DNA of 64,000 nt, taken from the NCBI GenBank assembly GCA_016715645.1, contig JADJZR010000004.1, positions 37,269 through 101,268 on the forward strand, read 5' to 3'. The stretch's first letter is position 1. The number at the start of each line of letters is the position of its first letter. Position numbers and translations under genes: made by a program. Below, in pieces: positions 10,093 to 19,108 of the stretch. The stretch comes from Elusimicrobiota bacterium. GTDB taxonomy: Bacteria > Elusimicrobiota > Elusimicrobia > FEN-1173. The notes beneath the pieces are model-generated. The model was given only the letters and a program-made list of their open reading frames with translations. It had not been told where the DNA came from and did no database searches.

Positions 10093-10775
10093 GTCCCGGC
10101 CAACGCCATTCCCGTGCCGGAAACAAAAAAGAGCACGTCACGGGAATCCACCACGCCTTTTAGAAAATTCTCAAAATGGCGATCGACGCTTAAAAAAGAA
10201 AGGATCTGGCCCGTAAGGCCTGGCACGTAGTTGGATGCCGGACCCACGAGATAGAAAGAAAAACACAACAAAAAGCCCCACAAAAACGCCACCACCGGAC
10301 TGCGCGTCAACGACGACCCGAACAGTCCCAAGGACGAAAAAAAACCGCCGAGAAAAAACAGGCCCGCATACCCCGCCGCCATTTGGCCCACGTCCGGCGG
10401 ACCAATGACGACCAACAGCAGTAAATAGTAGAGAGACAAGAGGACCCCCACCGACCACACGGCCAAGGCCGCGGCGAATTTTCCACCGACGATGTCGGCG
10501 TCGGTCAGCGGCAGGGTCCCCAGCATTTCGATGGTGCCGGATTTAAACTCTTCGGCGAACAGACGCAAGGTGAGCGCGGGCATGAAAATCGACAGGATCA
10601 GCGGAAGCGGACCAAAGAACCCGTCCAATGAGGCTTTTCCCTCCAATAAAAGAGATCCGGTGAAAAACCATCCCGAGAGAAGGAAAAAAAGGACGAGAAC
10701 GATGTAGGGCATGGGGGAATTAAAAGTCTCTTTCCATTCTTTTCGGGCTACCCACAGCGCACGGGTCCAGGTCAT
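10059..10775 (-). CDS. ABC-2 family permease (GldF-like)
   Basis: 238 aa with six predicted TM segments, between the ATPase and the GldG-like gene. Confidence 0.7.
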   Translation of the reverse strand: MTWTRALWVARKEWKETFNSPMPYIVLVLFFLLSGWFFTGSLLLEGKASLDGFFGPLPLILSIFMPALTLRLFAEEFKSGTIEMLGTLPLTDADIVGGKFAAALAVWSVGVLLSLYYLLLLVVIGPPDVGQMAAGYAGLFFLGGFFSSLGLFGSSLTRSPVVAFLWGFLLCFSFYLVGPASNYVPGLTGQILSFLSVDRHFENFLKGVVDSRDVLFFVSGTGMALAGTWVRLRAWRSR

Positions 10776-11734
10776 GGGGTTCGGGTCACTTGCCGAAAAA
10801 TTTCGTCGAGGGCGGCGGTCGGACGGCGCAGTTCAAGCAGAGGGCATCCCATCTCCGCCGCCAGACCATTGAGATCGACGCGGATGTCCGTTTCAACGGT
10901 CAACTCAAATCCTGGGCAACCGGGCTCTTCCTCGTCTTGCCGCTGAACCGTTTTGACGCCGTTCATGGCCGTCAATCGAGATTTCAGCGCCTCCGCCGGT
11001 CCTTTGAAGCGAACATACAGCGTGCCGTTTCCACTTAACCGTTGGCGGAGTTGGTCCAACGTCCCCTCGGCGGCGATGCGGCCCTGATGGAGGATAAGAA
11101 TTCGATCGCACAGACGTTGGGCTTCGGGCAAAATGTGGGTGGACAGCAAGACGGTCTTTTTTTCTTTCAGCCGAAAAATCAAATCGCGCACTTCTTGTTG
11201 TTGGTGGGGATCCAGGGCCGAGGTGGGCTCGTCCAGAATTAATATGTCCGGATCGTGAAGAATAGCCAGGGCCAGGCCCAACCGTTGCCGGTATCCCTTG
11301 GAAAGTTCCCCCACGTCCTTGTGCATGACGTCCACCAGGGAGCACTGACGGGCCACTTCGTCAATTCGGGCCGACGCGGTCAGCTTGTCCGGGATGCGCA
11401 GTTGGGCGAACAGGCGGAGGGTTTCCCACACGTTGAGGGATTCGTAGAGCGGGTTGGTTTCCGAGAGATATCCCACCCGTCGGCGGGTTTCCATTGGGTT
11501 TTCAAGGATGTCCACCCCGTCCAGGGTGACTGAACCGCCGGTGGGCGGCAAGTAACCGGTCAACACCCGAAGGGTAGTGCTTTTCCCCGCGCCGTTGGGG
11601 CCCAGCAACCCCACCACTTCGCCCGGACGGACTTGAAAAGAAATGTCCGCCACCGCCACAGTGGACCCGTATTCTTTAACCAGTCCGCGGACGTCCATCA
11701 TGGGCGATGCCCCGGAGCCAAAGGGATCGAGCAA
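10772..11734 (-). CDS. ABC transporter ATP-binding protein (GldA-like)
   Basis: Walker A GPNGAGKST, an LSKGYRQRL signature and a Walker B ILILDEPT. Confidence 0.85.
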   Translation of the reverse strand: MLDPFGSGASPMMDVRGLVKEYGSTVAVADISFQVRPGEVVGLLGPNGAGKSTTLRVLTGYLPPTGGSVTLDGVDILENPMETRRRVGYLSETNPLYESLNVWETLRLFAQLRIPDKLTASARIDEVARQCSLVDVMHKDVGELSKGYRQRLGLALAILHDPDILILDEPTSALDPHQQQEVRDLIFRLKEKKTVLLSTHILPEAQRLCDRILILHQGRIAAEGTLDQLRQRLSGNGTLYVRFKGPAEALKSRLTAMNGVKTVQRQDEEEPGCPGFELTVETDIRVDLNGLAAEMGCPLLELRRPTAALDEIFRQVTRTP

Positions 11735-11787
11735 CTTATAAGAACAAAGTGTGGTAACATGGTGTCACAATTCACGCCGAGTACATC

Positions 11788-12834
11788 ATGCCATTTATTT
11801 CAACGTCTCGAAAACAGGCTTTTCGCCACCGTCTTGCCCGGTGGTACAAACGACAAGGCCGACACGACCTTCCGTGGCGGGGGGCGTTTGCCCCTTATCA
11901 AGTCCTGGTGTCGGAATTCATGCTTCAACAAACAACTGTGGCCACGGTGATTCCCTATTTCCATCGGTTCCTCAGGTCGTTTCCAACGGTGGAAAAGTTG
12001 GCCCGGTCACCGTTGGAGAAAGTGCTTGAGCGATGGGCGGGGTTGGGCTATTACGCCCGGGCAAGGAACCTGCACCGAACCGCTAAAATCCTTGTTCGCG
12101 ACTACGGTTCCCGCTTGCCCCTGACACGAGATCAAGCCGAATCGTTGCCCGGGGTCGGGCCCTACACGGCGGGAGCGCTGTTGTCTTTTGCCCATAATTT
12201 ACCGGAAGCTTTGGTGGACGGTAACGTGATCCGGGTTTTGGCCCGTGTGTTTGGCGTGAAAGAAGACCCGCGTCAGCCCGCCGTCCGTCGCCATCTGTGG
12301 GCCTTGGCGCAATCATTGGTTCCTCCCAACGGGGGACGCTATTACAATTCCGCTCTCATGGATTTTGGCGCGACGGCGTGCACGACGGGACTGCCGGATT
12401 GTCCGGCCTGTCCTCTTTCTTCTCTATGTTGGGCCCGCCGAAACGACTGGGTGCAACGGTTGCCTGTCCCGAAACCCGATTCCCCCAAAACAGTTGTTCG
12501 GTTAAGCGCTCTGGTGGTGACTCAAGACGGCCGGATTCTATTGCGTCGTCGTCCCCTGGGCGGTTTGTGGGGGGGATTGTGGGAATTGCCCACCCTGGAA
12601 GGACCCGTCGTTCGAGGTCAACCCGTTGTTGTGGCGGGGGGAGAAATTGTTCCTGTCGGCCAAAGGGGGGCGGCGCGCCACGTTTTGTCTCATCGGGATT
12701 TGCGCGTGGACCTGTGGGAGGGGCGTCTTGTTCGACCCATCCATAAGTCAAAATGGGTTCGCCTCTCCGCCGTCCGATCGAAAGCTGTTTCAGCCTTGAC
12801 AGCGAAATTGATCGATCAATCTACCGCTCTTTGA
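11788..12834 (+). CDS. mutY: A/G-specific adenine DNA glycosylase
   Basis: HhH-GPD domain, a 4Fe-4S Cys cluster (C..C..C..C) and a C-terminal NUDIX-like domain. Confidence 0.85.
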   Translation: MPFISTSRKQAFRHRLARWYKRQGRHDLPWRGAFAPYQVLVSEFMLQQTTVATVIPYFHRFLRSFPTVEKLARSPLEKVLERWAGLGYYARARNLHRTAKILVRDYGSRLPLTRDQAESLPGVGPYTAGALLSFAHNLPEALVDGNVIRVLARVFGVKEDPRQPAVRRHLWALAQSLVPPNGGRYYNSALMDFGATACTTGLPDCPACPLSSLCWARRNDWVQRLPVPKPDSPKTVVRLSALVVTQDGRILLRRRPLGGLWGGLWELPTLEGPVVRGQPVVVAGGEIVPVGQRGAARHVLSHRDLRVDLWEGRLVRPIHKSKWVRLSAVRSKAVSALTAKLIDQSTAL

Positions 12835-13498
12835 TGAAGTCGCCCCCGTGGTGGCGGATGTCTTTGCCTTGAACCATGAAGATGACGTCTTCGGCAATAT
12901 TGGTGGCGTGGTCGCCGATTCGTTCCATGTTGCGCGAGAGCAAAATCAAGTCCACGTATTGGGAAGAGCGTTCGGGGTCTTTTTTGAGCCGCTCAATCAA
13001 CTGGGTCAAGGCCCGGGCTTTGAGTTGATCTTCTTCTTCGTCCTGGGCCAGAACGCCTTTGGCCAATTCCACATCTTGGCGGGCAAACGCGTCCAAACTG
13101 TCCCGAAGCATTTTTTGGCTGATTTCAGACATGCGCGTCAGCAGGACCACTTCGGGGACAGGGGTTTCTTTTAAAAGGTGATAGTGGCAGGTTTGGCTCA
13201 CGTTGACGGCCTGGTCGGCAACGCGTTCCAAGTCGGTGTTAATTTTCATGGCCGCGGCGATCAAACGCAAGTCCACGGCCATGGGCTGATGGAGCGCGAT
13301 CAGTTTCAGGCATCGGTCGTCGATTTCCACGTGCATTTGGTTGACCTGGTTTTCCAGATCGAAAACATCGGACGTCAGCTCGTCCCGCCGTTCGTACAGG
13401 GCCTTGACGGCCTTTTGAATCATTTCTTCCGCAATAGATCCCATGCGAAGCAAGCGTTCTTTGAGTAGGCGTAAATCCTCATCGAAGTGGCGTTCCAT
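12821..13498 (-). CDS. phoU: phosphate signalling complex protein PhoU (copy 1)
   Basis: Two PhoU repeats (..RIGDHATNIAEDV.. and ..DLERVADQAVN..). Start taken at MERHFDEDL. Confidence 0.85.
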   Translation of the reverse strand: MERHFDEDLRLLKERLLRMGSIAEEMIQKAVKALYERRDELTSDVFDLENQVNQMHVEIDDRCLKLIALHQPMAVDLRLIAAAMKINTDLERVADQAVNVSQTCHYHLLKETPVPEVVLLTRMSEISQKMLRDSLDAFARQDVELAKGVLAQDEEEDQLKARALTQLIERLKKDPERSSQYVDLILLSRNMERIGDHATNIAEDVIFMVQGKDIRHHGGDFIKER

Positions 13499-13511
13499 GT
13501 GTTCCTCCCGG

Positions 13512-14315
13512 TTAACCGAATCGGCCTGTGATGTATTGTTCGGTGCGTGTGTCTTGGGGACTGGTAAAAACCCGGCCGGTGGGGCCGAATTCCACACGTT
13601 CTCCCAACAAAAAGTAGGCGGTCATTTCCGAAACCCGTGCGGCCTGTTGCATGTTGTGGGTGACAATGACGATGGTGTAGCGTTCTTGTAAACCCAAAAT
13701 CATTTCCTCAATCCGTTGGGTGGCGATGGGGTCGAGGGCGGAACAGGGTTCGTCCATCAGCAAGACGTCGGGTTCCACCGCCAACAACCGGGAGATGCAC
13801 AGCCGTTGGTGTTGTTCGGGAGGGAGCGCGAGGGCCGGTTCGTTCAGTTTGTCTTTCACTTCTTTCCAAAGGCCGGTGGACCGGAGGGACTGTTCCACCA
13901 CCTCAGGCAAACGCCCCGTCAAAGTGGTGAACCCGTGGGCCGTACGCCACGTTTTCAAATACGGAGATGGGAAACGGGTTGGGCCGTTGGAACACCATCC
14001 CCACCCGTTTGCGGAGTTTGATCAAATCGATCCGGGGAGCCAAAGAATCGTGATGCCGTCCAACCAGGGCTTCCCCTTTGACCCGAACCCCCCGGATGAG
14101 ATCGTTCATTCGGTTGAACGTTCGCAACAGCGTGGACTTGCCGCACCCGGATGGTCCGATGAACGCGGTGATGGTTTGGGCGGAATCGGAAGGGCGATGT
14201 TTTTGAGCGCTTGGAATTCCCCATAAAAAGGTTGAGCCCCGGGTTTCAATAACGGGGGCGGGGACGTTGGACGGTGGGGCGTAAAGGTCGGTTTAGCCAA
14301 ACCGGCCGGACACAT
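13512..14315 (-). CDS. pstB: phosphate ABC transporter ATPase PstB (copy 1), interrupted by two single-base frameshifts in homopolymers
   Basis: Three ORF fragments 14106..14315 ([18 protein letters not shown]), 13903..14127 ([25 protein letters not shown]) and 13512..13958 (LSGGQQQRL...[12 protein letters not shown]...YITGRFG) together make a full PstB. The shifts lie at the TTT run 14175-14177 and the GGG run 13937-13939. Confidence 0.75.
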
Positions 14316-14966
14316 AGTCGGCGGTTTTTTGTTCGCGGGGGCTGGTGAACAGTTGGCCCGTTTCGGCCAGTTCCACCAGGCGCCCCATCAACAGAAACGC
14401 GGTCCGGTCCGACGTGCGGGAGGCCTGTTTCACGTTGTTGGTGACCAAAACGATGGACATGCTCTTTTTGAGGCCCTGCAGGGCTTCTTCAATTTTGGCT
14501 GTGGAAATGGGATCCAAGCCGGAGCAGGGTTCATCGAGCAAAAGCACTTCGGGACGAAGCATCAAGCTTCGCGCCAGGCAAAGCCGTTGCTGTTGGCCCC
14601 CCGATAACGCCAGGGCGGACAGGCCCAATCGGTCTTTCACTTCGTCCCACAAAAACGCGGCCCGCAGGCTTTCTTCGACCCGTTGGCCCGCATCGGCGTG
14701 GCGGCTTTGAAACCGCAGGCCCAGGATGAGGTTGTCGGCAATGGACATGGGAAGCGGTGTGGGCGTGGCGAACACCATGCTGACTCGCCGTCGAAGGGCG
14801 GCCACGTCGGTTTCGCGCTTAAGATATCGTCGTTATCCAACAACAGTTCGCCTGTTACCGACAAGCCATCTTCCAAATCCGTCAGGCGATTCAGGCACCG
14901 CAAAAAAGTGGTTTTCCGCTTCCCGCCGGTCCAATGATGGCCTAAGGCGGGTGTGCTGAGACTCAT
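14293..14966 (-). CDS. pstB: phosphate ABC transporter ATPase PstB (copy 2, tandem), with an apparent frameshift and an aberrant Walker A region
   Basis: Fragments 14637..14966 (..TTFLRCLNRLTDL..) and 14293..14805 (LRRRVSMVF...LSGGQQQRL...LLLDEPCSGLDP...YVSGRFG). Frame switch at the TTT run 14811-14813. The P-loop reads GHHWTGGKRKTT in frame but AIIGPAGSGK in the adjacent frame. Confidence 0.7.
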
Positions 14967-15871
14967 CGTCCGCGCAGTCTCCTTCGAATTTTGGACCGGA
15001 TGATGATGGCCGTAAAGTTTAATCCGAACGTCAGGACCAACAGCACCAACACCGTGGCATACAAGATCGGCAACGTGGCGTCCACGTCGGGACTTTGGGT
15101 GGCCATCACGTAGACGTGGTAGCCCAATTCCATGAACTGGTGGTTGAGTCGCGTGGGGAGGTGCGGAAGGTAATACGCCGCGCCGGTGAATAAAATAGGC
15201 GCCACTTCGCCTGCGCCGCGGCTGACGGCCAAAATAGTTCCGGTTAAAATCCCGCCCACGGCTTGGGGCAACAACACATGGCGAACCATTTGCCAGCGGG
15301 TGGCCCCCAGGGAATAGGCCACTTCACGATGGCTGGGGGGTACGACGCGCAGGGCCTCTTCCGTGGAGACGACCACCGTGGGAAGGGTGAGTAAAGCCAA
15401 TGTCAACGCCGCCCACAGGATGGCCGGTTGGCCGAAATAGAGTTTTCCGTTAAAGAAGACCGTGTCCAGCCCCTGGCCCACGAACTGAATAAAAAATCCC
15501 AAACCGAAGAGGCCGAAGACAATGGCGGGCACTCCCGCCAAGTTTTGTATGGCCAGCCGAACCACATGGATCCAACGGGAATTTTTGGGAGCGTACTCTT
15601 GCAAGTAAATGGCCGTGGAGACCCCCAAGGGGACCACCGCCACCGTCATCAAGAGCACCAGAACGGCCGTGCCGAAAATGGCCGGAAAAATGCCCCCTTC
15701 CGTCATGCCGCTGTGGGGGGCTTGGCTGAGGAAGGCCCATGAAATGTGGCCGATCCCATGGCGGACAATATTGCCCAAAATGAGCGCCACCATCGCTGTT
15801 AAAAGAAGGCAGGCGAACCCGGTGACCGCCGTAAAAAACACGCTGGTGAAATTGATCCAGCGCCGTTTCAT
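14963..15871 (-). CDS. pstA: phosphate ABC transporter permease PstA
   Basis: 302 aa, six TM segments and the EAA-loop motif of PstA. Confidence 0.85.
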   Translation of the reverse strand: MKRRWINFTSVFFTAVTGFACLLLTAMVALILGNIVRHGIGHISWAFLSQAPHSGMTEGGIFPAIFGTAVLVLLMTVAVVPLGVSTAIYLQEYAPKNSRWIHVVRLAIQNLAGVPAIVFGLFGLGFFIQFVGQGLDTVFFNGKLYFGQPAILWAALTLALLTLPTVVVSTEEALRVVPPSHREVAYSLGATRWQMVRHVLLPQAVGGILTGTILAVSRGAGEVAPILFTGAAYYLPHLPTRLNHQFMELGYHVYVMATQSPDVDATLPILYATVLVLLVLTFGLNFTAIIIRSKIRRRLRGR

Positions 15872-16806
15872 CGTCGGCCCGTGAGCTTACGGTTCATGCG
15901 GCCCACCCACATTTGGCCCAAAAGGTTGATTAAAAACGTGAAGATAAAAAGCAATACGCCAATTAAGAACAGCACGTGGTAGTGAGGGCTTCCCCGGACC
16001 ACCTCGCCCAACTCGGATGCCACTGTGGCCGACAGGCTCCGAAACCCGTAGCCTAAATTCCAGGCGGGAATGGCTTGGTTGCCCGAGGCCATCAGCACGA
16101 TCATGGTCTCCCCGATGGCGCGGCCGAACCCCAAAATCCCCGCGGCGAACAGGCCCGGAAACGCGGCCGGCAACACCACCCGTCGGGCTGTTTGCCACGG
16201 CGTCGCGCCCAAGGCGATCGACCCATGACGGTAGCTTTGGGGAACGGCGGTGAGCGCGTCTTCCGCCACGGTGAACACGATGGGAATCACCGCCAGGCCC
16301 AACGCGATACCGGCGTTGACCGTGTTGAGCCGATAGTCCAACCCGAACAGGTCTTGAATGGTGGACGCCATCACAATCAGAGCGAAAAATCCGAGCACCA
16401 CCGATGGTATCCCCGCCAACATTTCAATGACGGGTTTGACGATTTCCCTCAGCCAGGGCGGGGCGAACTCTGACGTAAACAGCGCCGCCCCCAACGCCAA
16501 AGGGAACGCGAACACCAACGCCACCAAGGTCACTTTCAGCGTGCCGATCATGAGAGGCCACAAGGAATATTTCGGCATTTCCGATACCGGTTGCCACATG
16601 TGCGAGGGGGGTTCGCCCTCTTCGGGAACCTGGGCGATGAACAGTTTTGACAGGCTCGCCTCCTGGCGTGCCTCCGCCGAGGTGAACAGGGGCAGAGCTT
16701 CTTTTCCAATAAACACAAAAATCAGGATCAACCCGACTATGGCCACGCCCGCGCTGACGCGGATGCCGTTTTCAATGATTCGTTCACGCAGGGGGGGGCG
16801 GTTCAT
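15868..16806 (-). CDS. pstC: phosphate ABC transporter permease PstC
   Basis: 312 aa PstC-like permease. Overlaps pstA by 4 nt. Confidence 0.85.
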   Translation of the reverse strand: MNRPPLRERIIENGIRVSAGVAIVGLILIFVFIGKEALPLFTSAEARQEASLSKLFIAQVPEEGEPPSHMWQPVSEMPKYSLWPLMIGTLKVTLVALVFAFPLALGAALFTSEFAPPWLREIVKPVIEMLAGIPSVVLGFFALIVMASTIQDLFGLDYRLNTVNAGIALGLAVIPIVFTVAEDALTAVPQSYRHGSIALGATPWQTARRVVLPAAFPGLFAAGILGFGRAIGETMIVLMASGNQAIPAWNLGYGFRSLSATVASELGEVVRGSPHYHVLFLIGVLLFIFTFLINLLGQMWVGRMNRKLTGRR

Positions 16807-17681
16807 TGTTTTTGGGGGGACCCGATGGGGTAATAGCCGACTTTGGCCACGATGGCCTGGCCTTCAGGGCTCAAAACAAAATCAACGAAGTTGTTAATGG
16901 CGCCCGCGGGCTCGTCGCGCAGATAAAAAAAGAGGTTTCGGCTGACCGGATAAGAGCCATCGAGGATATGGGTTTCGTTAGGCAAAATGCCCGGCGTGGC
17001 CGCGTCGGGTTTGATGGCGCAAAAGCGAATTCCTTTCGCGTAGGCCGCGCCGCCGTAGCCGATGCCCCGTTTATCGCGGGCCACGGCGTTGGCCACCGAC
17101 GCGGTACCGGGCAGACACTGGGCGAACGGGGTGAAATCTTTTTTCTTCAGCACATGTTCTTTGAAAAATTCGTAGGTGCCGGAATTGTTCTCTCGGGAAT
17201 AAAGAATGATCTTTTGATCCGCGCCGCCCAGGTCGCGCCAGTTGGTGATTTTCCCTCGGTAGATCAAAGCCACCTGTTCGAGAGTGAGTTCGCGCAGAGG
17301 ATTGGCCTCATTGAGGTAGATCGCGATGCCGTCTTTGGCCACGGCGATTTCGATCGGGGAACGGCCCGTTTTGGCTTGAAGGGCGACCCGCTCTTTTTCC
17401 TTCATCGGTCGAGAGGAAGCGCAGATATCCGTGGCCCCTCCTAAAAGCGCGGCAATACCTGTGCCCGACCCGCCGCCCGTGACCTGAATCACTGCTGACG
17501 GTCGATCAAACATGTATTTTTCCGCCCACCGCTGGTTTAAAATCACCATGGTGTCCGACCCTTTGATAGTGACAGCCTCAGAGGCCGTCACCGAAAAGCC
17601 GTAAATAGCCGACAATAGGAAAGAAAAGAATTTTTTCACGCTAAAGAATCTATCAGTTTCCAACTGGTTCAGGAAGGGCAT
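16803..17681 (-). CDS. pstS: phosphate-binding protein PstS (copy 1)
   Basis: PBP-like phosphate-binding fold (TIKGSDTM... GSGTG). First gene of the pstSCAB-phoU operon. Confidence 0.8.
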   Translation of the reverse strand: MPFLNQLETDRFFSVKKFFSFLLSAIYGFSVTASEAVTIKGSDTMVILNQRWAEKYMFDRPSAVIQVTGGGSGTGIAALLGGATDICASSRPMKEKERVALQAKTGRSPIEIAVAKDGIAIYLNEANPLRELTLEQVALIYRGKITNWRDLGGADQKIILYSRENNSGTYEFFKEHVLKKKDFTPFAQCLPGTASVANAVARDKRGIGYGGAAYAKGIRFCAIKPDAATPGILPNETHILDGSYPVSRNLFFYLRDEPAGAINNFVDFVLSPEGQAIVAKVGYYPIGSPQKQ

Positions 17682-17775
17682 CTTGTAATGATCTTAAAAA
17701 CGATTGTTGGTAAACTATTTTTAACGTTTGGCCGATTTGTCGCCAAGGGAAGGGTGAAGGGAAACTCTGAGCGGG

Positions 17776-18285
17776 GTGGGGGAGGGGGCCATGAGCGCAC
17801 AACTTCCAGATCGGATAGTGTTTCAAGGCAAGGAATACGACGTCATTACGTCTTTTCCGCCAAAGCTCTTTAACCCTATTTCGTGGGGATTAAAGCCGGC
17901 TTCTCCGCACGGGGCGTGTTTGCGTGGGACACTGTTGACCTACGAGGTCAAAGAAGAGACTCTTTTCCTCAAAGATCTTCGCTATTGGACCAAACAAGAA
18001 AATTTGTCGGAGCTGGTTCCAGGGGTTCCCTCGAAAGAAGACGAATTCGGCGGTTGTACCGGATATTTGTATTCCAACATTAACGCCGTCATTCCATGGA
18101 GCGGCGAGATTGTTATTGGCCGTTCATTTCTCTGGCCGCTCCTTTTACCCCGTGGATTTCAGCCGGCATGGAAATATAAGGAAGTGGTGAAACTTTTATT
18201 TGAGGGGGGATCTCTCCGAGCCTTCGGCGATGTAAGCCGAACCATGGCCCGCCTCCGCTCCGAAGTCCTCCAAGCCGTCCCCTAA
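17776..18285 (+). CDS. hypothetical protein in a low-GC islet
   Basis: 169-aa ORF with GC clearly below the surrounding genes. No recognisable family. Confidence 0.4.
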   Translation: MGEGAMSAQLPDRIVFQGKEYDVITSFPPKLFNPISWGLKPASPHGACLRGTLLTYEVKEETLFLKDLRYWTKQENLSELVPGVPSKEDEFGGCTGYLYSNINAVIPWSGEIVIGRSFLWPLLLPRGFQPAWKYKEVVKLLFEGGSLRAFGDVSRTMARLRSEVLQAVP

Positions 18286-18377
18286 CCCCCAAAGGGGACG
18301 GAGTATACTTATTCACTAGGAAACCAATTTGGTTTGTTAAACCCTTTGCTAAAGAACAGCTGTTTGGTGAAAATTTG

Positions 18378-18416
18378 TTTACAGGAAATTTACAAAATTG
18401 TTTCAATTGTTTTACA
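18378..18416 (+). promoter_or_regulatory. direct repeats TTTACA/TTTCA with ~11-bp periodicity; candidate OmpR/PhoB-family operator
   Basis: TTTACA at 18378, 18389 and 18411, and TTTCA at 18402, lie in an AT-rich 190-bp spacer upstream of ORF 18492..18998. Confidence 0.3.
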
Positions 18417-18491
18417 AGTTCTTAAGGGAAACTTAAGAGACTTTTTGTTCAATGTCGGCACGGCCTGATCCGGGTTTCCCAGGGGGAAACG

Positions 18492-18998
18492 ATGGGAGAA
18501 AAAAATCATATGGCGAAGGTTGTGAAATGGGCAATAGCCTTGTTCCTCGGATTTTCAGGCTTGAAAAGTTGGGCGGAATTTCCTAACCATCGATGGGCGG
18601 CATTAGCGACATACGGGGGCGCGGGTTTGCGTTATGCGCTGTCGCCCAGAATCAGCGGAGAAGGGCGGGTTTTAATGGGGGATGGGTTGGCTGTCAGCTT
18701 GCGAGGGTCTTACCTCTGGGAGAAAGAGAGTTGGAAAATACGACCGCTGGCGGGAGCGGAGGTGAGCGTTCTTAGTCCATTTCGCGGGGAAGGCCATCAA
18801 GGAGCGGCTTTTCTCCTGTTTGTGGGCGGAGAGGTTCGCCTGGCCAAGCGCTGGACCTTTCAAGTGGACATGGGTCCGGCGGTTTTGCGGATGCGGGAGG
18901 AAGACGGACAGAAAGAGGAATGGGATTACCAGAACGTGCTGAACGTATCTTTGAATTATTACTTTGGTAAGAAAGTGAAAGGTCGAGGGAAAGAATAA
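18492..18998 (+). CDS. hypothetical secreted beta-strand-rich protein with a signal peptide
   Basis: N-terminal AKVVKWAIALFLGFSGL signal-like segment followed by an alternating hydrophobic pattern. No family assigned. Confidence 0.45.
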   Translation: MGEKNHMAKVVKWAIALFLGFSGLKSWAEFPNHRWAALATYGGAGLRYALSPRISGEGRVLMGDGLAVSLRGSYLWEKESWKIRPLAGAEVSVLSPFRGEGHQGAAFLLFVGGEVRLAKRWTFQVDMGPAVLRMREEDGQKEEWDYQNVLNVSLNYYFGKKVKGRGKE

Positions 18999-19108
18999 TT
19001 TCACTGGCTTTGATTCCCCAATTGGGCGCGATGCGTCTCGGATGGCGCAGAGGGGGCGCTCCCTTTAGCCGGGCCGGTCCAACTGGGGAATTGGGCTATT
19101 TTAATGCG

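Noticed and set aside
17682-17775. Pho-box search upstream of pstS copy 1.
   Set aside because: Only weak, irregular TTTAC-like half-sites (TAGTTTACC, TTTTTAAG, CATTACAAG). Not convincing enough to call.
19010-19108. Short palindromes (CCCCAATTGGG, GGCGC repeats) between the secreted-protein gene and the M23 peptidase.
   Set aside because: Only short self-complementary hexamers with no extended stem. Most likely an ordinary convergent-gene terminator region.
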